64,000 nt of DNA from Dehalococcoidia bacterium (GTDB taxonomy: Bacteria > Chloroflexota > Dehalococcoidia > Plut-88900): NCBI GenBank assembly GCA_965207225.1, contig CBDBLV010000003.1, positions 64,001 through 128,000 of the forward strand. The letters run 5' to 3'. Position 1 is the first letter of the stretch. Each line of letters begins with the position of its first letter. Below, piece by piece: positions 11,667 to 21,283 of this stretch. Both the position numbers and the translations under genes were made by a program. The notes beneath the pieces were generated by a model. The model was given only the letters and a program-made list of their open reading frames with translations. It was not told the DNA's origin and did not search any database.

Positions 11667-12131
11667 TCATCGTCCGGCCCCAATTGGTCTCGACCCCCGT
11701 TGCCAATTCTCTTGGCTCTCTTGCACTTGAACATTCTCACCGAGTTCCTCAGAGATGCGCTTCACCCCGGACTCGATCTCGCACGCCCAAATGACCCGCC
11801 ACTTCCATCCAAGACTATCCAGAGCAGAGCGTGCCTGAGCATCCCTTTTCGCATTTCTTTCGATCTTCGTCGTCCAGTAATCCGTGTTGCTCTTGGGCAT
11901 CCTTGATCTCTTGCATCCATGCCAGTGCCAGAAGCACCCATGGACAAACAACGCGACTCGATGGCGAGGGAAGACCAAGTCAGGACAGCCGGGGAGATCA
12001 GCACGGTGGAGTCGAAAGCGATGTCCCGCCCTATGAAGAGCCTTTCTCACTTCCATCTCGGGTCTAGTGTCCCGTGACTTCACCTTGGCCATAATCGCGC
12101 TTCGCTCGCGGCTGTCTATCTGATCGGCCAA
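11667..12131 (-). CDS. vsr: Very short patch repair endonuclease
   Basis: RSAIMAKVKSRDTRPE, LPGCPD, FVHGCFWH and IWACE motifs. Confidence 0.92.
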   Translation of the reverse strand: MADQIDSRERSAIMAKVKSRDTRPEMEVRKALHRAGHRFRLHRADLPGCPDLVFPRHRVALFVHGCFWHWHGCKRSRMPKSNTDYWTTKIERNAKRDAQARSALDSLGWKWRVIWACEIESGVKRISEELGENVQVQESQENWQRGSRPIGAGR

Positions 12132-12143
12132 GAGTTAAGCCCC

Positions 12144-13100
12144 TTAGAGATTCTCGGGTACCCTTATCAGCAAAGACCTGTCGGCTTCCACGGCCTCCAC
12201 ACGTCTGTTGTACTGCTCCAACAATGTCTTGAAGCCTTCGGCCAATCCTCCTTTGCCGAATCCTCCTAGTTCTTCAAGATTCTGACCAACGAACGACTCG
12301 ATAGCGAGAATCCCTACCCTATCTTGTACCTCAATAGCCTCTGCCATCTGGCGAGCCGCTTGAAGCCTCGTATCGAGCACCAGGAGCATGGGCCGATAGC
12401 CATTCCGGATATTCTCCTCGCATTTGTTCAAGACCGGCGGCATCGGCGCAACCGTTACGTGAAAGGCTGTGTCGCCCACCACAAAATCCTCTGGCCGCCC
12501 GAGTTGCCTGTCAGCGGTCGTGTAAGAGAAATTCTCTATCTCCAAATCAGGGTATCGAACCGCGAGCTTGGCCCCAACCAAGTGCTGGGCGACTGCGCCT
12601 CCCTTAGAGCCCGCAGCTGCCAAAATATCGGCTACAATCTGCGGCGATGGCTTATTCAGATTTACCTCAACCTCAATTGCTTGCTGGTCAAGATAGTCCT
12701 TCACCCGCCCCACCAGCCAAGCTTGTAGAGAATCGATGACCTGCCCGCGGTCTGACTCGGAGAGATCAACCAACGCCGCCGTCTCATTCAGTGCCGCCGC
12801 AATGCCTTCAGCAGCAGGAACCGTAGCCCTTGTGGTTCTTCCTCCCTCGCTGGTGAACCGTCTATCCTCGCCGTGCCTGCTAAGTATCAACTGGATGAGG
12901 GAACCACTTGTTCGCACTTGATTCCCAGGCGTTATGTAATTGCTCCTACTCAGCGGGTAAGCGCCTCTCATCCGTTCCAAGACAGCCAGACCGGCGCATA
13001 TAACGTAGGTGTTTGGTTCTACACCAGGAGATGGCCTGTGACCGTCGAACCACGACCTAAGTGTGACAAGTGCCTCACTGTAAGCTCGTTGGCCAGTCAT
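12144..13100 (-). CDS. DUF4928-like protein (putative restriction nuclease of a dcm-vsr cassette)
   Basis: EGGRTTR, GAVAQHLVGAKL and DF-GDTAFHVT motifs; lies between a C5-MTase and vsr. Confidence 0.7.
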   Translation of the reverse strand: MTGQRAYSEALVTLRSWFDGHRPSPGVEPNTYVICAGLAVLERMRGAYPLSRSNYITPGNQVRTSGSLIQLILSRHGEDRRFTSEGGRTTRATVPAAEGIAAALNETAALVDLSESDRGQVIDSLQAWLVGRVKDYLDQQAIEVEVNLNKPSPQIVADILAAAGSKGGAVAQHLVGAKLAVRYPDLEIENFSYTTADRQLGRPEDFVVGDTAFHVTVAPMPPVLNKCEENIRNGYRPMLLVLDTRLQAARQMAEAIEVQDRVGILAIESFVGQNLEELGGFGKGGLAEGFKTLLEQYNRRVEAVEADRSLLIRVPENL

Positions 13101-14209
13101 GGCGACACCGACGTCCGTCTGCGAGCGACGGCCTCAACAGTCTCTCGACTGGACAACCCGGCGCGGCTCCGAGACCCGTTATCCTTGGAGTGCTCATCAG
13201 CAGGTAAGTCCCGGCACAATCTCGCCAGATGGACAAGTAGCCGATTAGAGAGCCAACGAACCACCGGGACCGCCACGCCGTCGCCAATTGCCCTATAGGC
13301 GTCGTTGTACTTTGACGGAAGCCAGAAGGAATCTGGCACTCCCATAAGGCGCGCAGCCTCCCTTGGTGACAGTAGCCGAGACCTAATGCGGCCGTTGTCC
13401 AACACAAGGACGATCTGACGGCTTGAGCCACCCTGTGGTGTTCTCAGGCATCCCGCGACGCCGTCGAACCTTGCTTCAGCTCTTTGAACTCCCTCCCGTA
13501 TCCTCTTGTAAACGAAGCCTACCGATTGACCATTCTCAATGGCACTTTCCGTCTTCTTCCGATTCACGTCTGTCATCATAGCCAACAGACGCTCCGTCTC
13601 ATCAGGCTCATGCCATGCCACGCTTGTAGGAGTCTCTTCAACCATGTCCTCGACGGCAGGAATAGAGCAGGTGGGCTCCGGCAGATTCCACCAACGCCAT
13701 GATTCTGTGAGCGCCTCCGGCAACTGCTCATAGGCAGACCTAACGGACTTGGGGAACCATGGAACAGTCTCGTCGGCCTCTTCATTCACCAATAGGGAAC
13801 AATCAACGCGGGAGTCTATGGCGACTACGAATACTCTTGGTCGGGACTGAGGAAGGAATTGGCGAGCGTCGATCACAAGAGGACCGAACTGCATGCCCAG
13901 CGTTGCCAGGGACTCACAGAGAATCGGAAAGTCGTCCCCGTAGAGCATCCCGACGACGTTTTCGATGACTATGAGGGGCGGTCGCTGCCCCCGGTCAAGT
14001 GAATCACGCATCAGCCTCCAGAACTCCCAATAGGTCCCACTGCGCTCTGCCTTCATGCCCCTTCTAGAGCCCGCTAGCGATAAGTCTTGGCAAGGAAAGG
14101 ACGCCCAAGCCATGTCAGTGTCAACGGGTAGTGAGTCAGTGGCTACGCTTGCTACGTCGCCCAGCACAAACTCTCCAGCGCCGAATTCGGCCTCATATAC
14201 TTCCTGCTG
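13097..14209 (-). pseudogene. C5-cytosine DNA methyltransferase, 5'-truncated
   Basis: Has SFPCQDLS, IENV, PQSRPR and GDGVAVPV. Homology starts at QQEVYEAEFG, so the motif I FxGxG region is missing. Confidence 0.8.
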
Positions 14210-15775
14210 CCCTCGAGCGGGAGATACTTCATCACCGCCAACGGCATCCAGGAGGCCGCCGACTTCCTGGGTTTCGACACGCCCTCGGAGTTCGTGCGGG
14301 CTTACCCCATGTCCAGGGAGTGGCTGACGCTGCTCCTGCGCAGGATGGACGCGGTGGTCGCCGTCTACCGCCTGGCCGCCGCCATGTCGCCCGGCACGGA
14401 TTCACATCAGACCCGCGTGGAGTTTCACCGCAAGGGCCGGTTCGACGCCACCATCACGCTCCACGACGGGCGAGACTTCGGCGTGGTGCGTCAGGGTCTC
14501 GGCCTGCGCAGGCGCTCCCTCCACGACCGGCTGCGTGCCCTAGCCCACTACGACGCCGGCCGCCGCCCGGACATCGTGCTCATCCTGGTTCCTAGTGTCT
14601 GGGAGCGGCGGCGGACGGGGAGGTTCTGCGAGGGGGTGTACCTGACGGACTTCTTCATCGCCGTGGAGTCCCGGTGGGCACTGGAACGGCGGGACCGCCG
14701 GGTCTGGCAGGAGACCACGGGGCTGTCCGGGCATTCGTACCTGACGCTGGAGCGGGTGATCTCCCGGGGCACGCCGGGCAGGAGACGACGACCCCTCACG
14801 GCGTCGCCGGAGCGGAAGCGAGCTTCCCTGCCCGACCCCGAACGCATGGTGGGGGATTCGCCCGCCTTCGGCCTCAGCCCCTCGGAGAAGCGGACGCTGG
14901 ACCTGATCACCGACCACCCCATGATCCCCCGGGAGCACCTGGCGACCTGGCTGGGCGTCTCCGAGGGAAGGGTCAGCCAGATGATGCACGGCCTGGTGAA
15001 GACCTGGGGCCTCATCGAACGTCACGGCAAACGGGGTGACGTGCGCTACACCCTGTCCGACGAGGGAATACGCTACGTGACCTACCGGGACCGGGCGGAA
15101 CTGCCCACCACGCGGGGCATCTGGAGCACGGAGCTGACTGCTGACAAAGATGGTCGCACCCGTCACGTGGGCCACCGCATCGAGACGTGGGCGCGGCAGA
15201 GGAAGCACGCCGACAGCATCACGTGGTTCCTGTCGAAGCTCCAGGCCGAGACCCGTACCGACCCCGACAGCGCGCTGGTGTGGGTTGTCCCCACGGCCCG
15301 GTCCGACCGGGCCTACAACTGGGGCCGCTCCGCCATCGCCCCCGACGCCGTGGGGCAGCTTCTCGCCGGGGGCCATCCCGTGCCGTTCTACCTTGAGCAC
15401 GAGCTGCGCGCCCGTCACCCCAGGGGAGTGATCGCCCGCTTGGAGCCCTACGAAGACTACTACTGGTCGCATGAGCACAAAGAGGACCTGCCGCCGTACC
15501 TGATCACCCTGTTCGTCGTGGACACCGAGGAGGTCGAGGACACTTACGTGAGCACCGCCGCCGGAATGAACTGCATGTCGCTACCCATCCTGGCGTCCTG
15601 CACGCCCGTGCTGTCACGCAGGGGGATACTGGGGGAGTCCTGGCGGCCCCTGTGGGCGCCGTCCTCCCCCCGGCTGAGGCTGTCCCAGCTGAGTGCTTAC
15701 GTCTACGACCCGCTGTACCACCGCATGCGTGCCAGTGATCCTGTAGAGGCATCCAATAGGGGGAGGCATAGATAG
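14207..15775 (+). pseudogene. Replic_Relax (MOB_C-like) protein, copy 2, 5'-truncated
   Basis: Colinear with copy 1 from LPSSGRYF onward; the first ~55 codons are absent and it abuts the truncated MTase. Confidence 0.75.
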
Positions 15776-16280
15776 CGTTGTATCGACGCTATCTGCCCTC
15801 CCTGCGGTCTGGGGGCCGCAAAACGGTACAAGTTGTACCTCCGGCAGGGTCTCAAAATACGCCAGACCGGTCATATTCCTCTGTTTCAGCTACGAAAGGG
15901 GCTGCACAGACCTCGACCGGTCAACGGCCAAAAGTACAAGTTGGGGAGAAGTTGTGCTAAAGTTGGGGAGCACGCCGGAGACACCAAAGTTGCACTTTTA
16001 CCACCCTGACCGGTCAGCATTTTGAGCGGGATGTAGGTAGGGACGCGGCTGTGAAGCGTCTTTGAGGAGCAAAATCGGCGCATTGGCGGCGTCTGCGGCC
16101 CATGCTGGCCCACCGGAAATTGCAGGAATTGAGGTGGGGGTGCATGACGCGAAAAGGGGTGATGGGCAGGAGCGGACATTTCGGGCCAGCCACGTTCGGA
16201 TTCATGCAACATTTCGGGGGTTGGGCCGAAAATGGTGACCGGTCGCTGTCAAGGACCGGTTCCACCGAAAATTGCAGAAG
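15776..16280 (+). promoter_or_regulatory. Conserved non-coding block (candidate oriT/ori) of E-mid
   Basis: GACCGGTC at 15865, 15915, 16008 and 16237; TTCAGCTAC near 15885; CCAAAAGTACAA near 15928. Homologous to 1-245. Confidence 0.5.
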
Positions 16281-16305
16281 CGGCCCACCCCGATAGAAGG
16301 CGAAT

Positions 16306-16743
16306 ATGACATCTCGGAAGTTGACGGAGAAATCGAGGGCCGGAGACGGCAAGCCCGACCAGAAGTGGGTCGTGGAGTACCTCGTACAGCGGGAGGGTCA
16401 GCGCAGGACGGCGGCCCTCCTGGGGGTGAACCGGAAGACGGTGGCGCTGGCGCTGGGCCGTGAGCGGCTGACGGGGAGGATGGCCCTGGCCGTGCAGCGG
16501 TTCATGGCCGGCCTGGACGATCCCGACGGGGAACTGGCGACGCCCCTGGACAGGCTGGAGGCGAGGATGCGGCGTGTGATCAAGGCCGTGGATGATCTCA
16601 GGGAGCTGGTGGAGGACCTGACGGAGCGCGTGGAGGCCCTAGAGGCGGTGCAGCAGGAGCCCGATACCGAGGGCCGGGGGCTGGGCCTGTTCGACTGGTG
16701 GCGGCGGCGCAGGCCGCAGGGTGAGAACGGGAGACATGGCTGA
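16306..16743 (+). CDS. HTH plus coiled-coil protein, homologue of 31234-32103
   Basis: GQRRTAALLGVNRKTV HTH followed by heptad repeats. Confidence 0.65.
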   Translation: MTSRKLTEKSRAGDGKPDQKWVVEYLVQREGQRRTAALLGVNRKTVALALGRERLTGRMALAVQRFMAGLDDPDGELATPLDRLEARMRRVIKAVDDLRELVEDLTERVEALEAVQQEPDTEGRGLGLFDWWRRRRPQGENGRHG

Positions 16744-17170
16744 GCGGGTGCGCTGGATTACGAAGGCGGAGGCGGCGCGGGAGATGGAGGTCTCCATTTC
16801 GACGCTGGACCGGATGATACGGCGTGGAGAGGTCGAGGTGCGCAGGGAGGGCCGGAGGGTCTACGTGGAGATGGAGGGGCCGGAGCGGGTGAGCGACGAG
16901 GAGCTGCTGCGTCGGGCTATTGGGCGGGAGGACAGGCTTCAACGGAGGCTGGTGAAGCTGGACCAACGGGCGCAGGCGTTGGAGCGGGAGCGCGACGAGG
17001 CGGTGCACGCCGCAGCCGCCGACCGGCAGGCGCTAGAGGAGATGGAGGAGCGGTACGAGAAGGAGCGTGACGCCCGCAGAAGGATGAGACGGCTGGCCAT
17101 CAGGCTCGGCTTGGCCGTGGTCGTGTTGCTAGCCGTCGTGGGCCTGCTCGTGTGGCGGCTGGTCGCATAG
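16736..17170 (+). CDS. Xis/MerR-like HTH with coiled coil and C-terminal TM helix
   Basis: ITKAEAAREMEVSISTLDRMIRRGEV...GRRVYV; C-terminal LGLAVVVLLAVVGLLVW. Confidence 0.7.
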   Translation: MAERVRWITKAEAAREMEVSISTLDRMIRRGEVEVRREGRRVYVEMEGPERVSDEELLRRAIGREDRLQRRLVKLDQRAQALERERDEAVHAAAADRQALEEMEERYEKERDARRRMRRLAIRLGLAVVVLLAVVGLLVWRLVA

Positions 17171-17180
17171 GGTATAGCGC

Positions 17181-19859
17181 ATGGCCGGAGATGACATCGG
17201 ACACCAGATACGCATCGCCGCCGAGAGCACTTGGCTCTACAGCCTATTCGCTGTTGGGCCGACGCGTGTGTCGCTGACCGACGAAACGCTCACCTTCGAG
17301 GGACGCCTGGGTGGAGCATCCAACGAGGTGCCCGTCGGAGCCATCGACTCAATCACGGTCTCACCATCGTTGTTGTGGCATCGGCTGACCATACAGTTGG
17401 GAGATGGGACCGAGCGGTCAGTTGGAGGACTTGACGAGAGCAAAGCTGCACGGGTCCGGGACGCGGTGTTGGCGAGCACCGTCGAGGTCGCCAAGGCTTT
17501 GAGCCCTGAATTGAAGCGGCTCGATGAGCAGGTTCGGCAACACTTCGCCGCCGACCGCTACGCCCGATACAGCGACTGCCGGAAGCTTCACGAGTCTCTA
17601 GCGCCGGTTCTACGGCAATGCAAGGCACTCACCCGTGGACGCCTGAACCAAGAAGCGTCAGAGACGGCGGAGCGGCTTTCGCCCCTAGAATCGGTTGCGG
17701 GGTTCGAGGCGGCAAGAAGGCGTGCGAACAGCCTGTTCATTTCCAACGCCAAGCCCTCCGTACAGCAAGCCGCATCCGAGACGCTGGGTAACCCTCTCAC
17801 GGATGAACAGGCCGAAGCCGTCGCCACCGACGAGGACGCGACCCTTGTGCTGGCGGGCGCGGGAACGGGCAAGACCGCGGTCATCGTCGGCAAGGTCGCC
17901 CATGTCGTCCGCAACCTGGGAGTCTCCCCGAACGAGGTGCTGGTCCTGGCATTCAACCGCAAGGCGGCCGATGAGATACGGGGACGGCTCAAGGGCGACC
18001 TCTCCGCAGCGCACGTCCACACCTTCCACAGCTTCGGTCGCCGCGTCATAGCCGAGTCCGAGTCCGCTCCCACCATATCGAAGCTGGCCGAGGACGAACT
18101 GGCGCTGAGGCGCGCAGTTGACAACATCATCGGCGAGCTACTCAACGACCTGGAGCAGTCGAGGGCTGTGATCGACTTCATCGTCTACCACCACGCGCCC
18201 TACAGATCGGCCTTCGAGTTCGACACCCTTGACCAGTACGAGGAGTACGTCCGCGAAGTCGAGTTGCGGACCCTGAGCGGGGATCTGGTCAAGAGTTTCG
18301 AGGAACTGTCCATCGCGAACTACCTGACGGAACACGGCGTCGAGTTCCGGTACGAAGACCGGTACGAGACAGCGACGGCGACGAACCAACGCAGGCAGTA
18401 CCAGCCGGATTTCTTCCTGCCCGGCCACGACATCTACATCGAGCACTTCGCACTCAACGAACATGGACGCCCTCCCCCCGGCTGGAGAGGGTACGTGGAG
18501 GGCGTCGAGTGGAAGAGGAACATCCACCGTCAACACGGCTCGACGCTGGTGGAGACCTACAGCTGGCAACACCGGCGGGGCATCCTGCTTGAGACGCTGC
18601 GCAAGCGCCTCGAAGAGGCAGGGGTTAGCTTCGAGCAGGTCCCTCGCCAAACCCTGGTGCGGCAACTCGGCCAGGAGCAGACCTCGTCGCTGGCGGGGCT
18701 GCTGGCGACCTTCCTGAATCACGTAAAGACCGGCGGCCTCTCGCCCGAGACGCTTCGCGCCCGCGCTCGCGAGAGCGGGGGCCGTTGGCGCAATGAGAGC
18801 TTCCTTGCCGTTTTCGAGCAGGTGCGCAACCGCTACCAGAAGCTGCTCTCGGACCAAGGGGAGCTGGACTTCCACGACCTCATCAACGTCGCTGCAGGGC
18901 ATATCCGTGAGGGCCGATGGAAGTCCGGATACCGGTATGTGCTGGTGGATGAGTTCCAGGACATATCCGCAGGTAGGATGGCGCTCATCCAGGCCCTCCG
19001 TGGCCATGGCGTAGCTTACTTCCTAGTGGGAGACGACTGGCAGTCGATCTACAGGTTCGCGGGAAGCGACGTCGGTCTACTGCGGAGTTGCGGCGAATTG
19101 CTCGGCTATGTGGAGCAGCGGACACTGAGCCGCACATTCCGGTTCGCCGACGGCATTCTTGGCCCTTCGACCGAGTTCGTGAAACGGAACACGGAGCAGA
19201 CTCAGAGACCTCTGCTGTCCGCCAGCGGAGCGGAGGACGAGGGTGTCACCGTCGTCGCCGACGCCAGTCCCGCAGGCGGGGTGGCGCGGGCGTTGCAGGA
19301 CATCGAGACAAGGGTGCAAGAACAGCCGCGCAGCGTCCTGGTGCTGGGACGCTACCGACAGGGCCGCGAGGTGGTCCAGTCGATTCGGCGGAGCAGGTCG
19401 CTGCGAGTGGAGTTCAGCACAGTTCACGGAGCAAAGGGACGCGAGGCCGACTACGTGATCGTGCTCGACCTCAACGACGGGCGCTATGGGTTTCCCTCGA
19501 AGGTGGAGGACGATCCGCTGCTGGAGCTCGTGCTGCCCCGGTCTCAGGGGGGAGCATACCCGTTTGCGGAGGAGCGGCGTCTCTTCTACGTCGCGATGAC
19601 CCGGGCGCGGATCGGCGCCTACCTGGTGGCCGACCCTGTGCGGCCATCCCAGTTTGTGACGGAGGTGTTGAGGGAGTCCCACGAGTTGCGGCAGATCGGC
19701 GAACTGGCGACGAAGTGTCCGCGTTGCGGCAGGGGCGTGCTCCAGATGATAGAAGGCAGGCGTGGCCGATTCTGGGGCTGCACTGGGTACCAGTCCACGC
19801 CGCCATGCCGATACACCAAGGACATTGAGGGAGAAACCGCCCATAGAGGGCGGGAATAA
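17181..19859 (+). CDS. UvrD-family helicase IV-like protein with inserted nuclease-like domain and C-terminal Zn ribbon
   Basis: AGAGTGKT, VDEFQD, GDDWQSIY, STVHGAKGRE and EERRLFYVAMTR; insert KSFEE...YQPDF...IEHF; CPRC...GC...C tail. Confidence 0.88.
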   Translation: MAGDDIGHQIRIAAESTWLYSLFAVGPTRVSLTDETLTFEGRLGGASNEVPVGAIDSITVSPSLLWHRLTIQLGDGTERSVGGLDESKAARVRDAVLASTVEVAKALSPELKRLDEQVRQHFAADRYARYSDCRKLHESLAPVLRQCKALTRGRLNQEASETAERLSPLESVAGFEAARRRANSLFISNAKPSVQQAASETLGNPLTDEQAEAVATDEDATLVLAGAGTGKTAVIVGKVAHVVRNLGVSPNEVLVLAFNRKAADEIRGRLKGDLSAAHVHTFHSFGRRVIAESESAPTISKLAEDELALRRAVDNIIGELLNDLEQSRAVIDFIVYHHAPYRSAFEFDTLDQYEEYVREVELRTLSGDLVKSFEELSIANYLTEHGVEFRYEDRYETATATNQRRQYQPDFFLPGHDIYIEHFALNEHGRPPPGWRGYVEGVEWKRNIHRQHGSTLVETYSWQHRRGILLETLRKRLEEAGVSFEQVPRQTLVRQLGQEQTSSLAGLLATFLNHVKTGGLSPETLRARARESGGRWRNESFLAVFEQVRNRYQKLLSDQGELDFHDLINVAAGHIREGRWKSGYRYVLVDEFQDISAGRMALIQALRGHGVAYFLVGDDWQSIYRFAGSDVGLLRSCGELLGYVEQRTLSRTFRFADGILGPSTEFVKRNTEQTQRPLLSASGAEDEGVTVVADASPAGGVARALQDIETRVQEQPRSVLVLGRYRQGREVVQSIRRSRSLRVEFSTVHGAKGREADYVIVLDLNDGRYGFPSKVEDDPLLELVLPRSQGGAYPFAEERRLFYVAMTRARIGAYLVADPVRPSQFVTEVLRESHELRQIGELATKCPRCGRGVLQMIEGRRGRFWGCTGYQSTPPCRYTKDIEGETAHRGRE

Positions 19860-20036
19860 CGGGACTGAGAGAAGCCGCCGCCCGACACTTCGACTCTCCC
19901 TCGTCGTCCTGACCGTTCGATTTGCAGCCCTCAAGCGATGCAGGAGTGTCCGATGCCCCTTGCGCCAAGGTATCCTATGGCCTACAATTTGGGAGGTGGG
20001 CGAACTCCACCAGACCGATGACCACGGAGGGTTGAG

Positions 20037-20885
20037 ATGAAGAGAAAGCTCTTGAGCCTATCGGCCCTGTTCGCAGTGATAGTCACCGCGACGCTGGCTG
20101 TGGCCTGCACTGACGATTCGTCCGACTTCGAGGAAGCGGTGATGGAAGAGTTGACCGCCATTAGCGCGACGACGGACCAGCTATCCCAATCGTTGGAACA
20201 GGCGCAGTCTGCGGCTGCTGATTCTGACGGAGGCATACTGGTGACCGGGGAAGGCCGTCTCAGCGTGGAGCCGGACCTGGCGGTGCTCAACATTGGTATT
20301 GAGGCGCAGTCAGAGACGGTCTCTCAGGCGAGAACCGATGCGGCTCAGGCAATGTCGAGGGTTGTGGCAGCCGTCAAGGCGCGGGGGCTGTCCGACGCAG
20401 ACATTCAGACCATGTCGTTCAACATCAGACCGGAGTACCGGTATGAGGAGATCGAACGAGACGGCAGCTACGTGAGTGAGCGGAAGCTCGTCGGCTATGT
20501 CGTCGGCAACTTCGCCTTGATCAAGGTGCGCGACATGGACGCCGTCGGTCCGATCATCGACGACGTGGCGGAGGCCGGGGGCGACCTTGCCAGGATCAAC
20601 GGAATCAGCTTCACCGTGGAGGACCCGAAGCCCTTCATGGAGGAACTCCGGAGGGAGGCATTCGAGGAGGCGAAAGCCAAGGCGGAGCAGCTTGCGGGCC
20701 TAGCAGGCGTGACGCTCGGCCAAGCCCTGTCGATAAGCGAGTCCGCCGCGGCGGACGGCTTGCCTGGCTCCGATCTTGACTTCCTGCGCCAGATAGCTGC
20801 CTACGACTACGAGAGCAGCCCCATCAGCGGCGGGGAGACGGAGCTTCGCCTGACGGTCAGAGTCCGGTTTGCCCTGGAGCCGTAG
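20037..20885 (+). CDS. SIMPL (DUF541) domain lipoprotein
   Basis: Lipobox AVAC; VTGEG...PDLA, DIQT and AKAKAEQLA motifs. Confidence 0.85.
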   Translation: MKRKLLSLSALFAVIVTATLAVACTDDSSDFEEAVMEELTAISATTDQLSQSLEQAQSAAADSDGGILVTGEGRLSVEPDLAVLNIGIEAQSETVSQARTDAAQAMSRVVAAVKARGLSDADIQTMSFNIRPEYRYEEIERDGSYVSERKLVGYVVGNFALIKVRDMDAVGPIIDDVAEAGGDLARINGISFTVEDPKPFMEELRREAFEEAKAKAEQLAGLAGVTLGQALSISESAAADGLPGSDLDFLRQIAAYDYESSPISGGETELRLTVRVRFALEP

Positions 20886-21224
20886 ATGAACGCAGTGGAA
20901 GCAAGGACGGCGGCAATGACGAGGACGAAGACCAAACGATGGACCCCATCGGAGCATCTGGAGACCGCAGAGGAGATGGCAGCCTACCTGAACGCCGCCT
21001 TCGAAGAGGACGACGTGCGGCTGATCCTGGCAACGCTGGGGGACATCGCCCGCGCCCGGAGGATGGCGGTGGTGGCGCAGGAGACGGGGCTGGGCAGGGA
21101 GAGCCTCTACAAGTCGCTGTCCGCCGACGGCAACCCGGAGTTCGTCACCATCTTGAAGGTGATGCGCGCCGTGGGACTCAGACTTCAGGCCGCAGTGGTG
21201 CCTGGAGCGAACGACGCCGCCTGA
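20886..21224 (+). CDS. Addiction-module antidote protein (HI1420-like HTH)
   Basis: EHLETAEEMAAYL, LGDIARAR and RESLYKSLSADGNPEF; start may be the later ATG. Confidence 0.85.
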   Translation: MNAVEARTAAMTRTKTKRWTPSEHLETAEEMAAYLNAAFEEDDVRLILATLGDIARARRMAVVAQETGLGRESLYKSLSADGNPEFVTILKVMRAVGLRLQAAVVPGANDAA

Positions 21225-21283
21225 GAGCGTCGCAGTGACGGACGACACGACTGAGGGAACAGACGATTCCAGAGGAGGACGAC

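Noticed and set aside
1-16003. Large inverted repeat (1-~1790 versus ~14207-16003) as a programmed invertible segment or DGR template/variable pair
   Set aside because: Explained by two related elements in opposite orientation; differences are not adenine-specific and there is no reverse transcriptase.
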